Below are positions 47,245 to 60,414 of a stretch of 64,000 nucleotides of DNA, one piece after another. The notes below the pieces were generated by a model, which did no database searches, had not been told where the DNA came from, and saw nothing but the letters and a program-made list of their open reading frames with translations. The position numbers and the translations under genes are program-made. This DNA comes from the human T2T-CHM13v2.0 reference genome, Homo sapiens: the NCBI RefSeq assembly GCF_009914755.1, contig NC_060928.1. One strand, written 5' to 3'. How positions within the stretch are numbered: the stretch's first letter is position 1; each line of letters starts with the position of its first letter.

Positions 47245-48261
47245 TCTTTACAATTTGGCATGTTTTTGTAGTGGCTGGTACTGGTTGTTCCTTTCCATGT
47301 TTAGTGCTTCCTTTAGGACCTCTTGAAGGGCAGGCCTGATGGTGACACAATCTCTCAGCATTTGCTTGTCTGTAAAGGATTTTATTTCTCCTTCACTTAT
47401 GAAGCTTAGTTTGGCTGGATATGAAATTCTGGGTTAAATTCTTTTCTTTAAGAATGTTGAATATTGGCCCCCACTCTCATCTGGCTTGTAGAGTTTCTGC
47501 TGAGAGATCAGCTGTTAGTCTGATGGGCTTCCCTTTGTGAGTAACCCAGTCTTTCTCTCTGGCTGCCCTTAACATTGTTTCCTTCATTTCAACTTTGGTG
47601 AATCTGATAATTATGTGTCTTGGAGTTGCTCTTCTTGAGGAGTATCTTTGTGGCATTCTCTGTATTTCCTGAATTTGAATGTTGGCCTGCCTTGCTAAGT
47701 TGGGGAAGTTCTCCTGGATAATATCCTGCAGAGTGTTTTCCTACTTGGTTCCATTCTCCCCATCACTTTCAGGTACACCAATCAAACGTAGATCTGGTCT
47801 TTTCACATAGTCCCATATTTCTTGGAGGATTTGTTCATTTCTTTTTACTCTTTTTTCTCTAAACTTCTCTTCTCACTTCATTTCATTCATTTGATCTTCC
47901 ATCACTGATACCCTTTCTTCCAGTTGATCAAATTGGCTACTGAAGCTTGTGCATTTGTCTTGTAGTTCTTGTGCTGTGGTGTTTAGCTCCATCAGGTCAT
48001 TTAAGGACTTCTCTGCACTGGTTATTCTAGTTAGCCATTCATCTAATCTTTTTTCAAGGTTTTTAGCTTCTTTTCAATGGGTTCAAACTCCTCCTTTAGC
48101 TCAGAGAAGTTTGATCATCTGAAGCCTTCTTCTCTCAACTCGTCAAAGTTATTCTCGGTCCAGCTTTGTTCTGTTGCTGGCAAGGAGCTGCGTTCCTTTG
48201 GAGAGGGAGAGGCGCTCTGATTTTTAGAATTTTCAGCTTTTCTGCTCTGTTTTTTCCCCAC
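47245..48261 (-). pseudogene. Disrupted L1 ORF1
   Basis: Start codon reads GTG (GTGGGGAAAAAACAGAGC) instead of ATG, and the ORF track has no long ORF here. Left boundary approximate. Confidence 0.8.
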
Positions 48262-50470
48262 CTTTGTGGTTTTATCTACCTTTGGTCTTTGATGATGGTG
48301 ATGTACAGATGGGGTTTTGGTGTGGATGTTCTTTCTGTTTGTTAGTTTTCCTTCTAACAGGCAGGACCCTCAGCTGCAGGTCTTTTGGAGTTCACTGAGG
48401 TCCACTCCAGACCCTGTTTGCCTGGGTATCAGCAGTGGGGGCTGCAGAACAGCAAATATTGCTGAACAGCAAATGTTGCTGCCTGATCATTCCTCTGGAA
48501 GCTTCATCTCAGAAGGGTACCCAGCCGTGTGAGGTGTCAGTCTGCCCCTACTGGAGGGTGCCTCCCAGATAGGCTACTTGGGGGTCAGGGACCCACTTGA
48601 GGAGGCAATCTGTCTGTTCTCAGATCTCAAACTGCATGCTGGGAGAACCACTACTCTCTTTAACGCTGTCAGACAGGGACATTTAAGTCTGCAGAGGTTT
48701 CTGCTGCCTTTTTTTCAGCTATGCCCTGCCCCCAGAGGTGGAGTCTACAGAGGCAGGTAGGCCCCCTTGAGCTGCGGTGCGCTTCACCCAGTTCAAGCTT
48801 CCAGGACGCTTTGTTTATCTACTCAAGCCTCAGCAATGGTGGGCGCCCCTTCCCCAGCCTTGCTGCCACCTTGCAATTTGAGCTCAGACTGCTGTGCTAG
48901 CAATGAGTGAGGCTCCGTGGGCATGGGACCCTCTGAGCCAGGTGTACGATATAATCTCCTGGTGTGCCATTTGCTAAGACCATTGGAAAAGCGTAGTATT
49001 AGGGTGGGAGTGACCCAATTTTCCAGGTGCTGTCCATCACTGCTTCCCTTGGCTAGCAAAGGAAATTCCCTGACCCGTTGCGCTTCCTGGGTGAGGCAAT
49101 GCCTTGCCCTGCTTCAGCTCTCCCTCAGTGGGCTGCACCCACTGTCCTGCCCCCACTGTCTGACAAGCCCCAATGAGATGAACCCGGTACCTCAGTTGGA
49201 AATGCAGAAATCACCCATCTTTTGCATTCCTTATCCTGGGAGCTGTAGACTGGAGCTGTTCCTATTTGGCCATCTTGGAACCCACGCTGGTGATTTGTTT
49301 TTATGTGCCCATCTCAGGAGATGAATTAATATCATCCAGAGCTTCTACAGTGTTTCATATGCCATGTGAAGTATTCAACAAAAGTTTATCAGACATGCTA
49401 GGAAATAGGTCCAAACGATTGGAAACCTAGAAAACAAATGCTAGAAGTAGAATTGCAGATGACTCAGAAATTGAAATAAGACATGGACTTAAAATAACTA
49501 TGACTCATGCTGAAGAATCAACAGAACTGGAATTTATAAAAATGAAAGAAAAGGAAATACTAGAACTGAAAAGAATAACACCAAACTCAGGAATTGGATG
49601 GATGAATTTAACAGCATATTAGATATAGCAGAAGACAGGATTGCTGAACTGAAAAATAGATCAGTAAAACATACACAGATTGAAGGGAAAAGAGGTTAAA
49701 AAAAGATACAAAATACAGAAAAGAGACGTATTAGGCAAAATGAAGATGTCTAGCATATAAGTAATTGAACTACTGGAAGAAGAAAACGAAAAAGGGACAG
49801 AAGCAATATTCAAAGATACAGGCCAATAAATAATTTTTGAAAACTTGTAAAAGATATTGGCATAAATTTTAGACACTCTGTGAATCAAGTGGGAGAAATA
49901 CAAAGTAAACTATGCTTAGGTACATCATAGTAAAAATGCTGAAAACTATATTATAAAAGAAAATCTTAAAATCAGCTAGAGAAAAACACAAATATGCTTT
50001 CAAAGAAGGAACCATAATCCTTTTCAACAGAAACAATGATGGCTATAAGACAAATTGATTTTTTTAACTATAAGAAAGCAATTGCCAATCTGTTTCTATA
50101 TGCAGTAGAGATGCCATTCCAAATTGAAGATGAAAAAAATTTCAGACAAAAAACGAACAAATTTATCACCAGCAGTTTTCATTAAAGGGACTACTAAAGA
50201 GAATTATCCAGACAAAAGGACAATAGATGGAAGTACAAAAACAGATGAAGTACAAAAAAAAAGGAGAAAGAAAGATCATGGTAAAAGGTAAATATATGGG
50301 TAAAAATAAATAATATACGCAAAAGTGATAGTGTAAAGGAATGTCAAAAATATTTGTAGAATTAAAATTCATGTCAAGAATAGAGGAAAGGTAAAGTGTG
50401 AACAATTCTCAAACCATATGAAAAATGGTAAAAAAAAAATGTAGATATAAATCAAGAAGAAACATGTAAA

Positions 50471-51196
50471 TTTTTACCCATGCCTATGTCCCGAATGGCC
50501 TAGGTTGCCTTCTAGGGTTTATATGGTTTTGAGTTTTACATTTAAATCTTTAATTCATCTTGAATGAATTTTTGAATATTGTAAAAGAAAGAAGTCCAAT
50601 TTTAATTTTCTGCATGTAGAAGACAGTGTGGCAATTCCTCAAAGACCTGGAAATACCATTCCACCCAGTGATCCCATTACTGGATATATCCAAAGGGATA
50701 TAAATCAGTCTACTATAAAGACACATGCATGCATATGTTCATTGCAGCATTATTCACAATAGCAAAGACATGGAATCAACCTGAATGCCCATGAATGATA
50801 GACTGGATAAGAAAATGTGGTACTTATACACTGTGAAATGCTAAGCAGCCATAAAAAGAATGAGGTCATATCTTTTGCAGGGACATGAATTGAGCTGGAG
50901 GCCCTTATCCTTAACAAACTAACACAGGAAGAGAAAATCAGATATCACATGTTCTCACTTATAAGTGGGAGCTAAATGATGAGAACACATGGACACATAG
51001 ATGGGAACAACACACGCTGGGGCCTTTCAGAGGGTAAAGGGGGTGGCAGGAGGGAGGGGACCCTCCTATATATAACTAATGGGTTCTAGACTCAATATCT
51101 GGGTAATAAAATAATTTGTACAATGAACCCTGGTGATGCAAGTTTACCCCGATGATACATACCTACGCTTGTAACCCTAATCTTAAAAGTTAAAAA
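50471..51196 (+). mobile_element. 5'-inverted, truncated L1PA (PA13-16-like)
   Basis: 50471-50616 is antisense ORF2 sequence; 50617-51196 is the sense ORF2 end and 3'UTR ending CTTAAAAGTTAAAAA. Confidence 0.85.
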
Positions 51197-52259
51197 GTAA
51201 CAACTGTGTAAATCACTAGGGGAAACAATATAAAAAATAATATATTTCTACAAAAAATGGGGCAAATGGATGATAAAAATAGTTGATTAGTCTAAAATTC
51301 CATGAAAATAGATTATAGGAAAAGAAAAACATAGAGACAAATAGAAAAAAAATAGGAAAATAGTCGATTTAAACCCAAATGTCCTAGTAATTCTATTAAT
51401 TGTAAGTAAATTTAATATTTCAGTAGATTTATAATAAAACCCAACTATAAGATGCTTTAATGTCTTACATATAAAGATGAGAAAAGTTGAAAAGAATGCC
51501 ACATGGAAAAATAAACTAGGTATAACTATACTAACACAAAAAACTTGATAGCTACACTAGTTATTCAACCAGGAGGGTATAATAAGTATAATGTGTATAC
51601 ATTTAATAATGTAGTGTCAAAACATATGAAGCAAAAAAAGTGACAAAGCTGAAAGGAACAGACAAACCCAGTTTTACACAAATATTTAACTTGTCAGTGA
51701 CTGACAGTACAAGGAAATAAATAGCAGAGATGCAGAAGATTTGAATAACACACTTGACCTAATTGACGTAAGACATGCATACAACATTGGCAAAATATGC
51801 ATTTTTTCCAAGAACACATGAAACATTTAACAAACTATACACTATTTCATAAAAGAAGTCTTAATAAGTTTCAAAGGATTAAAATTCTAAAAAGTATTTT
51901 CCATTACCCAAAAATTTAAGCTAGAAATAAAAGGTTACCTAAAAGATCTAGGATGTTTTTGAATTAATACTCATTTTAAATCGGCAAGAAATGCAGAAAA
52001 ATCAAGGCAGAAATTAGAAAATACTTTGAACCTGACAGTAATTATAAAAAAAGTATATATCAAAAATTGAGAAATAGATAGAGAACATTATAGATTTAAA
52101 TGCTAATATTAGAAGTGAAAAACACTGAAAATCAATTATGTAAGCCTATATCTCAATAAAAGATAAGCAAATTATAGACAAAGAGAATAGAAGGCAGAAA
52201 ATAAGGATGAAGTCAGAAATTCATGAAATAGAAAACCGAGATACTATGAGTTCTATGTC

Positions 52260-52495
52260 ATTAGGCAGTTCATGTCTACATCTGCTTGTGTCTTCCCAGA
52301 CCAGGGACCAGACAAATGAGTGAAGAAGCCTTTGAGGAGTTGAACACTACCCCTGCCACCATCTGACTGCTACTACATGAAAAACTGAGCCCAAATGAGC
52401 TCGGACAATTCCCAGAGTCATCAGGAAAGGAAATGATTATTATTGGTTTAAGTCACCATTTGGGGATGGTTTGTATACAGCAATATATAACCAGA
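52260..52495 (+). mobile_element. MLT1 (H/I-like) LTR fragment
   Basis: CCAGACAAATGAGTGAAGAAGCC ... TGGGGATGGTTTGTATACAGCAATATATAACCAGA. Confidence 0.65.
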
Positions 52496-53747
52496 GAAGA
52501 TTGGAAGAGTTAATACAGTATAGATATAAATTTTTCTCATAATTGATCTATAGCTTTAATGCAATCCCAATAAAATCCCATTAAGGTATTTTCAGAGAAA
52601 TTGATAAAGTGATTCTAAAACTTCTGTGGAAATGGGAAGCATCAAGTCTGTCAAGCCAGAATAATCTTGAAAATGAACAAAAGTTGACAATTTGAATTAT
52701 TAGGTATTAAGATTTATTTTAAAGCTATGGTAATTAAGACAATATGGTATTGGAACAATGATAAATATAGCAATAAACCAGATTATAGAAACAGACCCAT
52801 ATATACAATAGACTTACATCAAAAGTGCTATAGCAATGTGAACCTGATCACATGGCTCACAGCATACGTTAACATATGAATGGTAAAACGATAGAGATGC
52901 CAACAGCTAATACAGAAAAAAATCATCATGACTTTAGTGGGTAGGCAAGGACTTCTTAAATCACATATAAAACAGTGAAAGAAACATAAAACAGTGAAGA
53001 AAATGGATACATTGCATTTCATCAAAATTATCAACTTTTGTTCATCAAAAGATACTTCTAAGGGCATAAAAATGAGTTACAGAGTTGAGACATATGCATA
53101 CATCTGACAAAAAACATTTCCTTTATGTATATAAATTCTACAAATCAGCAAAAAATTAATTTTAAAATGGGCATAAAATCTGAATAGATACCTCACAAAA
53201 ATCATATATAAAATATATATGCAAAAGGTGCTGAGCATCATTACTCACCAAGAAAATGCAAATCAAAAATATTGGGAGATACTATTGTAAGCCCACCAGA
53301 ATGTTGGGGGAAAGATATTCTCAGTGTTAGCAATCATGTGAAGTATTTGGAAATTTCATAGATGGCTTTAAGCACTTGTGAAGACATTTCTGGCAGCATC
53401 TGTTAAATCTAAACTTACGTGTACTCTATGACCTGACAATTTTACTCCTAAAGGCATCTGTGGAAATGAATACATATTTTCACCAACATTCAAGAACACA
53501 CATGTCAGCATAACTCAAAATGGCCCAATGCTAGAAATAACCATCCATCAAAATTCAAATTGATAAACATGGTTTAATTCGTACATGGGATACAAGATCA
53601 TGTTGAAAAATAATGAATTTCTGGATCTGCAACAGCAAAGATAAATATTACCAATAATTTTTGACAATAAAATGCAGACAAAATTTCTTATCTTAGTTGT
53701 AGGCAGTGGTAATGACTAGGGGGATGAGGTTCTGGTAATGTTATTTA

Positions 53748-54179
53748 CAGCTGACCCTTGAACAACACGGGAATTAAGGTGTCAACCTCTGCACAGTCAA
53801 AAATCTTAGTGTACCTTTTTACTCCCCTCAAACTTACCTACAAATAACTTGCTGTCAACCAGAAGCCTTATCCATAACATAAACAGCCGATTGACACATA
53901 TTTTATATGTTGTGTGTATTATATACTGTATTCTTACAATAAAGTAAGCTAGAGAAAAGATGTTATTGAGAATATCATAAGCAAGAGAGAATGTATTTAT
54001 TAAGTGGAAGTGGATCATCACAAAGATCTTCATCCTCATTGTCATCACTTTGAATAGGCTGAGGGGGAGGAGGAAGACAAAGGGTTGGTCTTGCTGTCTC
54101 AGGGGTGGCAGAAGCAGAAGAAAATCTACATATAAGTGGACCAACGCAGTTTAAACCTGTGTTGTTCAAGGGTCAACTG
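53748..54179. mobile_element. Tigger2a (MER28) MITE
   Basis: TIRs CAGCTGACCCTTGAACAACAC / GTGTTGTTCAAGGGTCAACTG, TA TSD on both sides, 432 bp. Confidence 0.92.
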
Positions 54180-55109
54180 TATTTTGATCTGGGTGTGTTT
54201 ACATAGGCGTGATTGCTTTGCAAAAATTTGTTCAGCTGTACATTTTAAGATTTGTGCATTTTAGAGTATATATGTTATGCTTCAACAAAAAGTAAAACCT
54301 GGATAATACAGTTCTGAGACTTGCCAGAGAAGTAATTTTGAAAATAAATTTTACATTTTTAAAGCAGGATAGGGAAAAAAATTCCATATATTGTTCTTAC
54401 AGAGAAAGATCTTTTCGTATACTTTGCTTTTGCTACTGAAAAGACAATTTAGAGAAATCAAAGTGATTTATAATTTAGTAAATCATTAATCACATAAATA
54501 AGTCTATTTTAGTTTCATAGTGGCAAAATAAATCAAATCCTGTATTTGAGAAAGTCAGAGACATCTCAAGGGGAGCAATAACTCCTATATGATGTCTTCA
54601 CTAATTAATGGATTTCCCAAGATAACTTATTTATATCCAAGGGAAAAATGATTCACCCTGGGTTATTTTTAAGTCTCACTAGTATAATAGAATTATAATT
54701 AAAGGCTCATTTTTTCAATCCTTATTAAAATATTTTATAAGAGTAAATCTGTATAAAACAGTAGCCAAGCATCATTAGTATTATGATTGTAATTATTTTT
54801 AAATGTTAAGGAATTCTACCCAGAAAGAATTTACCAAGATTTCTTAAATTTAAGTTACAAAAACAGAAATTAATTTCCTAAAGTCAGAATCCAATAGAAA
54901 ATTATGAACTATCAATTAACAACAAAAAAATCTTTCAGGTTCCTCATTCTGTATAGCTATCCCAGAGTTCTAACTGTGAAATGCTGCCTTAAAAGAACTG
55001 TATTTTCCAAATTAGAATAATTTTTGATGTTTGTTTTAACAGAAGCTTCTACTAGCCCAGAGAAATGTTCAAAATCAAATTCCTTTGAAAAGCAATGACT
55101 TAAAATAGA

Positions 55110-55575
55110 AAAGTAAAAAGCCAATCTGAAAAGGTTGCATACTGTATGATTCCAAACATATGACATTCTGAAAAAGGCAAAGCTATGAAGACAGTGAAGA
55201 GAATAGTGGTTGCTAGAGGTTGTGGGGAGGGTGAGATGAAGAGGCACAGCATGGAGGATTTTTAGGGCAGTGAAAGCAAATGCTCTGTATTCACTATAAT
55301 GGTGAATACATCTCATTATACATTTGTCTAAACCTATAGAATGTTCAACACCAATAATGAACCCTAGTGTAAACTATGGACTGTAGGTGATAATGATGTG
55401 TCAACGTAGGTTCATACATTGTAACATAGGTACCACTCTGGTGTGGGATGTTGATAATGGGGGAGGCTGTGCATGTGTGGGGCCAAGGAATATAAAGGAA
55501 ATCTCTGTATTCACCTCTGTTTTCCTGTGAATCTATAGCTGCTTCAAGAAAACAAATAAGTAAGTTTTTAAAAAA
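55110..55575 (+). mobile_element. L1MC-like 3' end
   Basis: AGCCAATCTGAAAAGGTTGCATACTGTATGATTCCAA ... GTACCACTCTGGTG. Confidence 0.85.
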
Positions 55576-56196
55576 TAGAAAGAAAATTTTCATTAATCTC
55601 AAAATTGGGGGAAAATGCTGCTAGAAGTTTTATGAAGCAAATGCCACAAATTTTATTCTTGATCAAAATAACAATTACAACCTATTATAATCAGAGTAAA
55701 TTTAATTTGAGTTATTTAATTTAGAAGTAAATCACTTTCTTATTGGCGTTCTCACAATTTTAAGTAATGATAATACCTGAGGAAGTAGCTTGAATATATG
55801 CTGGCTTTGGTGGAGGAATAGTCTCCTATTAGTCTTAATTTAGAATGAGATCCTGATTAAATTCATTCAGCTTCTAAATCAAAAGTTTTCTATGTTATCT
55901 CCTAAGGATTGCTTCAAAGCCACATTTTTTCAGTGATCTTTAATCTGGTAATCAAGAAAAAATATAACTATGAAATTATAAGTGAAAGCAGTAGTCAGAA
56001 AATGATCCTTTAGCTTAATATAGTGTTCCTTTATGGGTAGTAAAAAAACAGGCAGACATAACTCTCACTGATAAGCTAGTTAATTGGTGGAAATTATAAA
56101 ATCCACTGGAGTTAATGAAAAAATACTATACTGTATGGAAATTCTCTGTGATAGAACATGAATGTTCAAAATGTGATAATTTAAAATGATGATTTT

Positions 56197-56562
56197 CATG
56201 GAATACTATACAGCCATAAAAAAGAATGAGATCATGTTCTTTGCAGCAACATGGATGGAGCCGAAGGCCATTATTGTAAGAGAACTAATGCAGAAACAGA
56301 AAAGCAAATATCACACATTCTCACTTATAAGTGGGAGCTAAATGTTGATTACACATGAACACAAAGAATAGAAAAACAGACACCAGGGCTACCTCAGGAT
56401 GGAGGAGGGAGAGGATTGAAAAACTACCTATCAGGTATTATGCTTATTACCTGGGTGAGGAGATAATCTGTGCACCAAACCCCCACGACATAAAATTTAC
56501 CTATCTATCTAACCTTCACATTGAACCCTCAACCTAAAATAAATAAACTAATTAAAAAAAAC
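56197..56562 (+). mobile_element. Short L1PA15/16-like 3' end
   Basis: CATGGAATACTATACAGCCATAAAAAAGAATGAG ... AACCTAAAATAAA. Confidence 0.88.
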
Positions 56563-56705
56563 AAAATGCTGGTGTTATAATCTGATTATTTTATCTTGGT
56601 TGCTAATTTTAGAAGTAAGTTATATGAAAATGTGCTTTTAATATGTACATCCTTGATTTCCAAAAATAAAGGAAGATAATTATTCCTCAGTAAACATGTA
56701 AATGA

Positions 56706-56986
56706 CTTTTTTCTTTCTTTCCTTCCCTCCCTTCCCCCTCTACTCTCCTCCCTCTCTTCCTCCCTTCCCCCTCCACTCCCCTCCCTCTCTTCCTTCCCTT
56801 CCTTCCCTCCCTTCCCTCCCTTCCCTCCCTTCCCTTCCCCTCCTTCCCTCCCTTCCCTCCCTTCCCTCCCCTTCCCCTCCCTTCCCCTCCCCTCCACCCC
56901 TCCCCTCCCCCTCCCCCTCCCCTCCCCTCCCCTTCCCTTTCCTTCCCTTCCCTTTCTTCTCTTCCTTCCTTTCTTCCTTTCTTTTT
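56706..56986 (+). repeat. ~280-bp polypyrimidine (CCCT/CCTT) tract, expanded AluJ tail
   Basis: Almost purely C/T and abuts the AluJ 3' end. Confidence 0.95.
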
Positions 56987-57268
56987 GAGGTGGGGTCTGG
57001 CTTTGTCATCCAGGCTGTAGTGCAGTGGCATGATCACAGCTAACTGCAGCCTTGACCTCTGACTCAAGCAATCCTCCCACCTCAGCCTCCTGAGGAACTG
57101 GGACTACAGACAAGCACCATCATGTCCAACTAAGTTTTAAATTTTTTCATAGAGACAGGGTCTCCCTGTGTTGCTCAGGCTGGTCTTGAACTTCTGGGCT
57201 CAAGTGATCCTCCTGCCTCCTCCTCCTCAAAGTGTTGGGATCACAGGCATGAGCCACCACGCCCAGCC
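56987..57268 (-). mobile_element. AluJ
   Basis: J-type GATCACAGCTAACTGCAGCCTTGACC and GGGCTCAAGTGATCCTCC; TSD-like TGTAAATG. Confidence 0.92.
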
Positions 57269-58269
57269 TGTAAATGTGCTTTCTATAGTAATGTAAGTGT
57301 TGTGGTATGTGTATGTATGGGTAGATGTACACAGGGGAGGGAGTTGGAGGTAAGAAGTAAGTGGATCCTTATTCTGAAACTGCTTTTTCTCCAATTTGGA
57401 AAAACTATTCACTAAACTGAAGCTTAGTGCTGCAATTTATTCTGACTGTGTGTGTGGTCTAGTTTTTCTGCTACTTTTTTGTTTTGTTTCATTTTGTTTT
57501 GTTTTTTTTTTTGAAGAATACTCTCTTTTGTTGCTTAAATCCAATTAATGCCAATTATGTAACAGTGAGGATATTTGACCAATTTTCATAGACGTGTGTC
57601 AGTTTGCTGTTAAAGATCTTCAAAGGTATCTGACATTCAATACAAAATTTCTCCAAATTGACAATAGCAATTTTTCTATTTATTTTAAATAACATGTCAT
57701 CTATTTGTTTTAAATTATTATTTATTTGTCTTATTTCCTCTCATATATGAGAAATTCTTAGAAGGCAGAATCTTAACTGAAAATGATCTTAAAAACTCCT
57801 AGAAGGCAGTATTTCTGTTTAATTGATGTTCATACCTGCCATAGGTGTTCTCAATCACAGGAGATGGTGTTTCATATTCTCAATACAAGAGGAGGTGGTG
57901 TTTCAGAGATTCATTTGTAAGTTGGTTTTTAAAAATCTGATTATTAGATTTCCAGTTTGGCCTGTAAAAGTCTGCTTTACCCATTGTCTGAAATACTTCT
58001 GATTACAAAGAAAGTAAAAACAATACAACTGCAAAATAATGATGAAAGCCTGGAAAAATGAAATTGAATAGGAAACTGTATTTAATTTTAGGTGGTTGTA
58101 CTTGAGAAATTTTGTTTAATTTATAAAAAGTGAAAAGCAAAGAAGACTTATTGTCAGCATTATGTTTTTAGAGGTTAATGGAAGTGGCCCTTTATTGTTT
58201 CTAATTTGATTTCAATTTTCAATGTTTTTGGGTTTTTCTTTGTTTGGTGTAGTGAATTCGTACTGTTCT

Positions 58270-58460
58270 GATCTGCTCCGACAATTCTTAGCTGTGTGAC
58301 TTTAGACAAGTTACTTAATCTCTGTGCCTTAGTGTGCTCATATTAAAAAATACAGAGGTAATAGTAACTATCTCGGTGGGTTATGGTGAGGATTAAATGA
58401 AGTAATAAACATAAAGCACTGAGAATAGCATTTGACGTTTATTAATTGTCTCTTAAATGC
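58270..58460 (+). mobile_element. MIR
   Basis: AGCTGTGTGACTTTAGACAAGTTACTTAATCTCTGTGCCTTAG ... GTGAGGATTAAATGA. Confidence 0.85.
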
Positions 58461-59275
58461 TGGACAATCTCATTGTTACTCATTTTCTCTTTCTGAATGC
58501 TCCTATGCTAGGTATCTCTTTAAATTATCACATTCCATCTTGTTTTCTGTTAACTTATATACTATCCCATTTACCTTAGGAGATTTTAATCTCCCTGCAG
58601 GCAGAGAATAATTTATATTTCACAAACTATAAGGCATTATATTGCATCTTCACTCAATAAATATTTATTTCAATAACTTTTTTTTTTGGTTGTCATTTCA
58701 AAGTGAAACAAAAAATAGAGGAGGAAGGGCAAATGTCACTTTCTTAGGTGACTAGGCCAAATTATGTAAGGGGAGAGGACTAAAGGGAATTATGGATGTG
58801 TGGGTACCCTTAAGAAAAGGTCAGCCTGTGGAAGAATTTGCTGAGCAGTGAAAAATAAGGGTCAATATCACAGAAGAAAAGAGGTAGTACACATCTGATA
58901 GGTATTTAAGCACTTGTGCATACATGGATGCAACTTTCTAGGTTTAGAGCTGTTTGTAAGTATAACCTGAAAGCCCCACCTTTGAGTATAAATGAGGCCA
59001 CTTTAGTTTTAATGGATGCATTTTCTCTATTTTAATGCCAGCTTTGTGCCTATAGGAATGTAGGCCCTTTCTAAACCTCCCCTAGGTATATAGGGAGATT
59101 CCTCCAGTTTCAGGGTCCTAATTAAGACTCAGTGTCATCCTTGTCCCTGCTATATTTGCCTGTTCCATGTGAAGTCTTTCCCCACAGCCAGGCTCTGTTG
59201 GTGGCACCCGAGCATGGTCTTCTATAGTATTAAAGGCTCTGGGAGGTGGACACTGGCGTTTCCCTAACTCCGTTA

Positions 59276-59646
59276 TGTCAGGCCTCTGAGCCCAAGCCTG
59301 CTCCTATACATCCAGATGGCCTGAAGCAACTGAAGAATCACAAAAGAAGTGAAAATGGCCGGTTCCTGCCTTAACTGATGACATTACCTTGTGAAATTCC
59401 TTCTCCTGGACAATGAGTCTCAGAAGCTCCCCCACTGAGAACCTTGTGACCCCTGCCCACCAGAGAACAACCCCCTTTGACTGTAATTTTCCACTACTCA
59501 CCCAAATCCTATAAAACTGTCCCACCCCTATCTCCCTTCTCTGACTCCTTTTTTGTACTCAGCCCACCTGCATCCAGGTGAAATAAACAGCCTTGTTGCT
59601 CACACAAAGCCTGTTTGGTGGTCTCTTCACGTGGACGCAGGTGACA
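59276..59646 (+). mobile_element. LTR7 (HERV-H) solo LTR, LTR7B/C-like
   Basis: TGTCAGGCCTCTGAGCCCAAG start; TATAAAA and AATAAA; GTGACA end. 5-bp TSD CGTTA/TGTTA. Confidence 0.95.
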
Positions 59647-60414
59647 TGTTACATATATTCACTGGACCCTCAGACTCTATTGCATCTTCTCAGGGTTTCA
59701 CTGTTGATTTACACAATTTCTTCAGCTTCTTGTTTTGAAACTCTTATAAAGGCTCAAAAACCTGCCTCTCAGGCTGGTTGGGAGGTAATAATAAAAGCCA
59801 GCCTTCCCTCCCATTGTCCTCATTTCCTGTCCCCTTTAGAGTCCCTGCCTCAAAATGATTCTCTGTCTTCTTCCAGGTGAAACTGAAAGCCTTATGGGTT
59901 TCAGCAGAGTTGAATATACTTGGCACAGAGGCAGTGCTTATCTCCTTCTGCCCAAAGTACCCAGGCCACAGATCTTGCTCAAAGCCAACGCGTTCTGTTG
60001 CAAATATTATACTGTAATTTGAATAGCACAACAATAAAACTGGTTTTTAAAACAGTGTAAAGTATTTTTCCCACACAAAATATTCTTTACTTATTGCTTC
60101 CATTCCCCCTAGTTCTCTTGTGATCTTAAAATGCCACATGCAAAATAGTAATGGTTTCATATACTTAGCATATTCACTCTGGAGACATACATGGATTAGA
60201 TAAAAAGTGATTGACTATTAATCAAATGGAATGCCTATTTGCTCATTTTGGAGTATGATACAGAAAATACTCTGAATTTAGCAAGAGGAATGTTCCTGTG
60301 AATCCATAGCTTGTGTATTCTTTAAAAAAAAAAAAAACAACGAAATAAGCATTGACCCATAGACTTGTGTTTGAAATGTTCACTGATGCACTAGGTGTTG
60401 GAGATTTAAGGTAC

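Larger units (their letters stand above)
49302..54295 (+). mobile_element. Ancient L1M (MC/MD/ME) ORF1-ORF2-3'UTR remnant hosting several insertions; its 5' part probably lies at ~42430-43116
   Basis: A-rich degenerate L1 motifs in colinear order (TAGAACTGAAAA, TTTAATGCAATCCCAATAAAAATCCCA, AAAGCTATGGTAATTAAGACAATATGGTATTGG). Confidence 0.75.

Noticed and set aside
56586-57067. G/E/R/K-rich and P/S-rich ORFs
   Set aside because: Translations of the CCCT/CCTT simple repeat.
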